Source: Candidatus Omnitrophota bacterium (GTDB taxonomy: Bacteria; Omnitrophota; Gorgyraeia; 2-01-FULL-45-10). Taken from it: DNA of 64,000 nucleotides. This document shows positions 59,254 through 64,000 of this stretch, one piece after another (positions within the stretch are counted from its first letter, which is position 1; the number at the start of each line of letters is the position of its first letter). The position numbers and the translations under genes were made by a program. The notes below the pieces were generated by a model. That model was not told the DNA's origin. It did no database searches and saw only the letters and a program-made list of their open reading frames with translations. Location: assembly GCA_026387175.1 (NCBI GenBank), contig JAPLME010000012.1:5849-69848 (forward strand), read 5' to 3'.

Positions 59254-59358
59254 ATGAAATGCACATGTTGCGGCAAGCGTATAGATGAGGTTGATTGTTC
59301 ATGCAAAATGTGTACAATGTGCGGATGGGAACTTCCTGCGGAGGAGACGGAACGATAA
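59254..59358 (+). CDS. Candidate 34-aa Cys-rich (zinc-ribbon-like) small protein, not in the ORF track
   Basis: MKCTCCGKRIDEVDCSCKMCTMCGWELPAEETER with AGGAGG 7 nt upstream of the ATG. A terminator-like hairpin lies downstream (59472-59520). Confidence 0.35.
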   Translation: MKCTCCGKRIDEVDCSCKMCTMCGWELPAEETER

Positions 59359-59471
59359 CGAAAGTTATCAGGTCACGCGCCATTGTATTTCACTCAAAAA
59401 TGTGGTATACTTTAAGTGAGGCTAAGGGAGAAAGGATTTAGATAGTAACCCATAAGCCTCACAAGGTTTCA

Positions 59472-59520
59472 CCCATCTACCAAACATATCAGAAGCGGAA
59501 AAGGTAGATGGGTTTTATTT
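59472..59520 (+). terminator. Rho-independent terminator-like hairpin
   Basis: cccatctacc-(21 nt)-ggtagatggg followed by TTTTATTTT. Confidence 0.45.
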
Positions 59521-59598
59521 TGCCTTTTCAGGATGGCCCTCTAAATGCCCACTTTTCCAAAATCTATGCTATAATCATAAAAGTTACTGAAATTATAT

Positions 59599-60237
59599 AT
59601 GAAAAGACTTATAGCCATATTTTTATTTGCCATACTTAGTTTGACTTTCGCATCCGAATCCTGGGCGATTTCCTGGGAACACGATTTAACGGACGCATTT
59701 GAAAAGGCAAAGACTGAAAAGAAGCCTGTCATGGCTGACTTTTACACCGACTGGTGTCACTGGTGTAAAAAACTCGATAAAGATGTTTATGAAGACGCGA
59801 GTGTGAATCAGTTGGCTGAAAAATTCATATGTGTTAAGGTGAATTGCGAGATTGATAAAGGCGCATTTTCGAAATATGGATTAAGAGGATACCCCACGAT
59901 CATCTTCTTTAACGCTTCCGGCACCGCGGAAGAGACCGTTGTAGGATACAGAACCGCGCAGGTCTTTGCCGACATCATGAAGAAAGTCCTCGACAAAGCT
60001 CCAAAATCGAGCGTAACCCCGCAGCGGTCGCGGCCGGCTAATGAGCCTGTCATTATTGAGGAAAAAATTGCCCCGGGCGAATTTAAGCTGTCAGGGATCA
60101 TGGGATCGAAAGCAATCGTTAATGACAAGGTTGTAGTTATAGGAGATGAAGTAGATGATGCGAAGGTTATTGCCCTTACAGGAAGCTCTGTAAAGTTACG
60201 ATATAAAGATAAAGAGCTGACGCTAAAAATGCAATAA
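59599..60237 (+). CDS. Secreted thioredoxin-fold protein (CxxC: WCHWCK)
   Basis: Signal peptide, FYTDWCHWCKKLDKDVYED, thioredoxin-like topology, and a C-terminal extra domain. Confidence 0.6.
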   Translation: MKRLIAIFLFAILSLTFASESWAISWEHDLTDAFEKAKTEKKPVMADFYTDWCHWCKKLDKDVYEDASVNQLAEKFICVKVNCEIDKGAFSKYGLRGYPTIIFFNASGTAEETVVGYRTAQVFADIMKKVLDKAPKSSVTPQRSRPANEPVIIEEKIAPGEFKLSGIMGSKAIVNDKVVVIGDEVDDAKVIALTGSSVKLRYKDKELTLKMQ

Positions 60238-60252
60238 AAAGGCGAGCCATGT

Positions 60253-60939
60253 ATGAATGATAAAAAAATAAAGTTATCCGGTTTTATAATGACTTTTATT
60301 TTATGCATGGTAGTGTCAAGTTCGATATCGGCCGGCGAGACAATAAAGTCGGACGAGGCGTTGAAATTACTTAAGGAAGGAAACGCGCGTTTCGTCGAAA
60401 TGAAATTACGCCACCCGGATGAGACTATCAAGCAGAGAGAAGAGACCGCCGTGAATGGACAAAGGCCGTTTGCGGCCGTTCTTGCTTGTTCAGATTCACG
60501 CGTTCCGGTAGAAGCTATATTCGATCGCGGCATAGGTGATATTTTTGTTGTCCGCGTAGCGGGGAATATAGTCATGGATAACGGCGTAATAGGCTCTATC
60601 GAATATGCCGCGAAACATCTCAAATCACCGCTATTAGTTATTATGGGGCATACAGGATGCGGAGCGGTTAAGGCCGCGGTAGATGATTCTGCCGTAGAGG
60701 GAAAGATCTGCGATATTCAGGAACAGATCAGGCCCATCGCGGTAAAGACAGAAAAAGAGCACCCTGGTCTAGCTGGCCCCGACCTGGTAAACGCTGTAGC
60801 GAAGAATAACGCTCTCCAGGCAAAGAGGGATCTTTTATCCCTGAGCCATGAAGTCAAGGAAATGGTAGATGAGGGAAAGTTAAGAATAGTGACCGCCGTG
60901 TATGATATCAAGACCGGCAAAGTGGAATGGATCGATTAA
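60253..60939 (+). CDS. Beta-class carbonic anhydrase with signal peptide
   Basis: CSDSRVP and HTGCGAV zinc-ligand motifs. Confidence 0.8.
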   Translation: MNDKKIKLSGFIMTFILCMVVSSSISAGETIKSDEALKLLKEGNARFVEMKLRHPDETIKQREETAVNGQRPFAAVLACSDSRVPVEAIFDRGIGDIFVVRVAGNIVMDNGVIGSIEYAAKHLKSPLLVIMGHTGCGAVKAAVDDSAVEGKICDIQEQIRPIAVKTEKEHPGLAGPDLVNAVAKNNALQAKRDLLSLSHEVKEMVDEGKLRIVTAVYDIKTGKVEWID

Positions 60940-60995
60940 TTCTCTCCGAATAACAGGCCGGAATAAAAATCTTCATTGCCTACCGATGGAATGAG

Positions 60996-62186
60996 ATGTA
61001 TAATGCTTTCATGAAAATGTTTTTCCGCGGATTTTTCACCATTATATTCGGCGGTATATTTTTATCAGGATGTTCGACCCTCCCCATCAAAAGATCCCAA
61101 AACTATTCTCTGGAAGATATCTATAAACGTATAGCTTACAAAGTGGACGGCCGCTACAGAGTGATCAATATATTTTACGCGACCAGCCGGCAGATCGACT
61201 ATGGCCCCGATCTGTCTCCGGATTTTAAGCCGGAACTCGCTAAAGAGACGACATATGGCACTCTCGATATGCGGATAGACCCCAGATTAAGGATAGGGGA
61301 GATGCTGCCGGATAAGATAAAGAAGAACGGCTTAATAGAGATGAAGAATATTAAAAGGCTGGACGCGGATGCTTTCATAAAAGAACTTTCGGAAGCCGTG
61401 AAGGCATCTCCGCATAACTCGGTCCTTGTGCTTATCTTTGGGTATAAAGACGGCTTTGAGGCCACCGCTATGAAGGCCGCCTATTTCAGTTATCTGCTCG
61501 ATGTCGATACGCCGGTCCTCCTATTCGATTGGCCCGGCGATCAATCGGTCGATATGTTTGGATATGAAAAAGCGCAATCCCTGGCTTCGGCCTCCGGGCC
61601 ATATCTGGCCGATGTCATCGCGAAGGTCGTTCGCGAGATCAAACCGAAAAAGCTTTGGATCGAGGCGTCGAGCCTCGGCGCCCAGGTGATCTGCGACGCT
61701 TTCGATACTCTTTATAAATACCCGGATTTTACCGGCCCGGATCTGGAAATAGACCATGTCCTGCTGGCGGCGCCGGATGTTAGCGGGGGAGAGTTCACTA
61801 ATAAATTCAAAAAGGAATTCGAAGTTATTGCGAAGAAGATAACGGCTTACGTCTCTTCCGAAGACGACGCCCTGCTTATGAGCGGATTTATAAACCAGGA
61901 TAACAGGCTTGGCCGCATAAAACTGAGGGTAACCGAACCCAAGCAATTGGAAGAGGCAAAAGAATTGTTGTATTTAAAGTCGTTGGCTCCGGATCGCTTA
62001 ACGGCGATCGATGTCACGCCCATCAATACAGCGAGTTTTAAGCACGGTTATTATCTTGAGTGCTCTGAATTTTATGATGATTTTTATATGCGCATACTTG
62101 ACGCGAAGCCAAACGTGAACAGATGGCTATACCTTTTGAAAACCAAAGACGGCGAAGATTACTGGGTCATGCAGAGTTCAAAATAA
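60996..62186 (+). CDS. Alpha/beta-hydrolase, DUF900-like, probable lipoprotein
   Basis: N-terminal signal plus Cys (LSGCST); VLVLIFGYKDGFE and a nucleophile-elbow-like EASSLGAQ. Confidence 0.45.
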   Translation: MYNAFMKMFFRGFFTIIFGGIFLSGCSTLPIKRSQNYSLEDIYKRIAYKVDGRYRVINIFYATSRQIDYGPDLSPDFKPELAKETTYGTLDMRIDPRLRIGEMLPDKIKKNGLIEMKNIKRLDADAFIKELSEAVKASPHNSVLVLIFGYKDGFEATAMKAAYFSYLLDVDTPVLLFDWPGDQSVDMFGYEKAQSLASASGPYLADVIAKVVREIKPKKLWIEASSLGAQVICDAFDTLYKYPDFTGPDLEIDHVLLAAPDVSGGEFTNKFKKEFEVIAKKITAYVSSEDDALLMSGFINQDNRLGRIKLRVTEPKQLEEAKELLYLKSLAPDRLTAIDVTPINTASFKHGYYLECSEFYDDFYMRILDAKPNVNRWLYLLKTKDGEDYWVMQSSK

Positions 62187-62213
62187 GATTGGCCTCTCAA
62201 AGAGGAAATTAGC

Positions 62214-63365
62214 GTGAAACGAATAGCGTATATTATCGGGATCGTCGTTATCGGCCTTTCTGTTACGGTTTTCTCATGTATGGCGCAGGAATTATCTGAT
62301 TATAAATATAGCGAAACAAAGGACCTCGTGAGCCTTGTTAGAGACGCAAGTGCCGTCATCGCAGCCAAAGGCGAAGCCGCGTTTCCCGAATTCAAAAAAG
62401 AGGGAAGCCAATGGCGGCACGGGAAAGTATATATATTCGTCCTGAATACAGACGGCGATCTGGTCGTTCACCCGGATCCGGTGCTCGAGGGTAAAAACCA
62501 GATAGGCATAAAGTCCGTCAATGGTAAGCCCATAATAAAAGGCATCATTGAAGCGACGGCCTCCGATTCGAACAAGAATGAAGGATGGTACTTTTACCAA
62601 TGGCCCGAACCGGGCACCATATTCTCCGCCTGGAAGAGCACCTTCGCAAAACGCGTAGTTGCTTCTTCGGGCAAGGCCTATGTGGTCTGCTCAGGGGTGT
62701 ATAATCCCAAGGTAGAGGATATCTTTCTTATCAATGCCGTGGATGCGGCCGTTGCTTTGATTGAAAAAAAAGGGACGGCGGCTTTCGACACCCTTCGTGA
62801 TAAAACCAGCCAGTTTGTCTTTCTCGGAACATATATATTTGTCGATACCCCCAAAGGAGTGGAGGTCGTGAACGGCGGTTTTCCGGACATAGAGGGCAAG
62901 AACATCCTTAACTATAAGGATTATGACGGAACATACCTTACTCGCGAGATCATCGATATCGCGACTAAGAAGGGATCGGGCTGGGTGGATTATCTTTGGC
63001 CGAAACCGGGAGAGATCAAGCCTTCGAGGAAACATACATATGTCAGAAAGGCCGTTTACGGAGACAGCGTATTTGCCGTCGGCGCCGGCTCGTATCCCGA
63101 GGACGAGTCCGCCGCCCCTAAAGCGGATGCCGTAGATATTTCCGGACAATTCGCGATACTGGAACTTAAAGATGGCGATTTGGCGGCGGGGAATATTACC
63201 AGGGAGACGGTGGATAGCGTTTTCCTGACAAACGACGGTGGAAGCACGGAAGTTTCATTCCCGCGCGACAGGGTCGCCAAGATTCGAAAGCCTACGGATG
63301 AGGAACTCAAAAAGATTAAAGAAGGCCTTGTGGAAGGAAGTCGGCACCCGGTGCAAAAATTGTGA
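62214..63365 (+). CDS. Periplasmic protein with two tandem sCache_2-like sensor modules and no recognisable output domain
   Basis: Two repeats, each ending in the sCache_2 signature (GWYFYQWPEPG; GWVDYLWPKPGE). N-terminal signal/anchor. Confidence 0.55.
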   Translation: MKRIAYIIGIVVIGLSVTVFSCMAQELSDYKYSETKDLVSLVRDASAVIAAKGEAAFPEFKKEGSQWRHGKVYIFVLNTDGDLVVHPDPVLEGKNQIGIKSVNGKPIIKGIIEATASDSNKNEGWYFYQWPEPGTIFSAWKSTFAKRVVASSGKAYVVCSGVYNPKVEDIFLINAVDAAVALIEKKGTAAFDTLRDKTSQFVFLGTYIFVDTPKGVEVVNGGFPDIEGKNILNYKDYDGTYLTREIIDIATKKGSGWVDYLWPKPGEIKPSRKHTYVRKAVYGDSVFAVGAGSYPEDESAAPKADAVDISGQFAILELKDGDLAAGNITRETVDSVFLTNDGGSTEVSFPRDRVAKIRKPTDEELKKIKEGLVEGSRHPVQKL

Positions 63366-63453
63366 TTTATAGCCGCAGAGCCTTTTACGATAGCCAAGAT
63401 ATTCAAACAATGCTCCCCTGTATCAGATAAAACCGAAAAATGAGGAGGATGAA

Positions 63454-64000
63454 ATGGCGAAGTTCATGAAAATATCGGCAGTGATATGTTTGGTCATGTT
63501 GTCAGTGTATGGCGTCTCTTACGCCCAGGACGATGATCAGGGTGGCCAGGGAGATGCCGGAGGAAGCGTATCCGATGAAAGCAGCGCGGCAGATGTACCG
63601 GACGCAGGAAATGTGCAGACAGAAGTTAGTGATACTGGAGATACAGGAAATACACAGACAGAGGTCAGCGATACCGGAGATACAGGAAATACACAGGTAG
63701 AAGTTAGTGATACCGGAGATACGGGAAATACGCAAGTAGAGGTTAGTGATACGGGGAATACAGAGGATGTACAAGCAATAGAGAATGATGCGGTCCCCGC
63801 ACCGGATGAAGCGCGCGGAGTAATAGGAACTAGCGAGAGCTATGAAGAATATCAGAGCGACACGAATCCGAGTGAAGGCGTAATAAGCACCAGCACCACT
63901 TATCCGGTCCGCAAAAACGCGAGAGTGGTAAGGCCGGCCGTTGTAGGTGTACCCGTAGCAACCGGAGCGAGGGCTATTGTAAGAGGCTCTTTCGCCGGCC
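63454..64000 (+). CDS. Secreted acidic protein with tandem 13-aa repeats (3' end truncated at the window edge)
   Basis: RBS GAGGAGG; signal peptide MAKFMKISAVICLVMLSVYGVSYA; repeats EVSDTGDTGNTQT x4. Confidence 0.5.
   Translation, partial: MAKFMKISAVICLVMLSVYGVSYAQDDDQGGQGDAGGSVSDESSAADVPDAGNVQTEVSDTGDTGNTQTEVSDTGDTGNTQVEVSDTGDTGNTQVEVSDTGNTEDVQAIENDAVPAPDEARGVIGTSESYEEYQSDTNPSEGVISTSTTYPVRKNARVVRPAVVGVPVATGARAIVRGSFAG
63622..63775 (+). repeat. 39-bp tandem repeat (~4 units) within the terminal CDS
   Basis: gaagttagtgatactggagatacaggaaatacacagaca and three near-identical units. Confidence 0.7.

Overview
This 64-kb window comes from a bacterial chromosome of moderate GC content and spans the replication origin. 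The origin neighbourhood runs rpmH-rnpA-yidD-yidC-parA-parB on the minus strand, then dnaA-dnaN-(DUF721/DciA-like)-gyrB-gyrA on the plus strand, with DnaA boxes on both sides of dnaA. Upstream of it is a syntenic translation cluster (thrS-infC-rpmI-rplT-pheS-pheT), rarA, a tRNA-thiolase-like PP-loop ATPase, and an ArsM/ArsP-like organoarsenical module that is partial at the left edge. Also upstream are three tRNAs (Leu-TAA, Val-GAC, Cys-GCA), a prepilin/DUF1559-type protein (a PVC-superphylum-like trait, which is a weak inference), coaC/coaB, rpoZ, gmk, yicC-like and ndk. Downstream of gyrA come tRNA-Glu, nagA, glmS, rsmI, a GT4 glycosyltransferase and a complete PyrR-regulated pyrimidine operon (pyrR-pyrB-pyrC-pyrK-pyrD-pyrF-pyrE). 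Next are tRNA-Val(TAC), a small GIY-YIG protein, a DEAD-box helicase, lpxD and tRNA-Asp(GTC). Right after tRNA-Asp begins an AT-rich accessory island (~41.6-45.5 kb). It encodes a membrane-anchored hypothetical protein, a stand-alone DUF262 (ParB/GmrSD-like, DGQQR motif) protein and a translationally coupled HEPN (Rx4H) protein. It also has a PD-(D/E)xK-like hypothetical, a small membrane protein, and interspersed copies of a GC-rich palindromic (MITE/REP-like) repeat. I propose this island as a candidate uncharacterised defence or toxin module. The remainder is a cell-envelope and signalling block: a metallophosphoesterase-autotransporter, two tandem OMP paralogs, a MacB-like ABC transporter, a TPR protein, secreted hypotheticals, a receiver-GAF-histidine kinase hybrid plus a CheY-like protein, a thioredoxin-like protein, a beta-carbonic anhydrase, a DUF900-like hydrolase, a tandem sCache_2 protein and a partial secreted protein with a 39-bp tandem repeat. 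A second notable non-coding feature is a conserved ~100-nt element sitting directly downstream of two different tRNA genes. Each copy is bracketed by inverted and direct copies of its own tRNA's 3' end. All calls are from manual reading of the sequence and ORF translations; no database searches were run.
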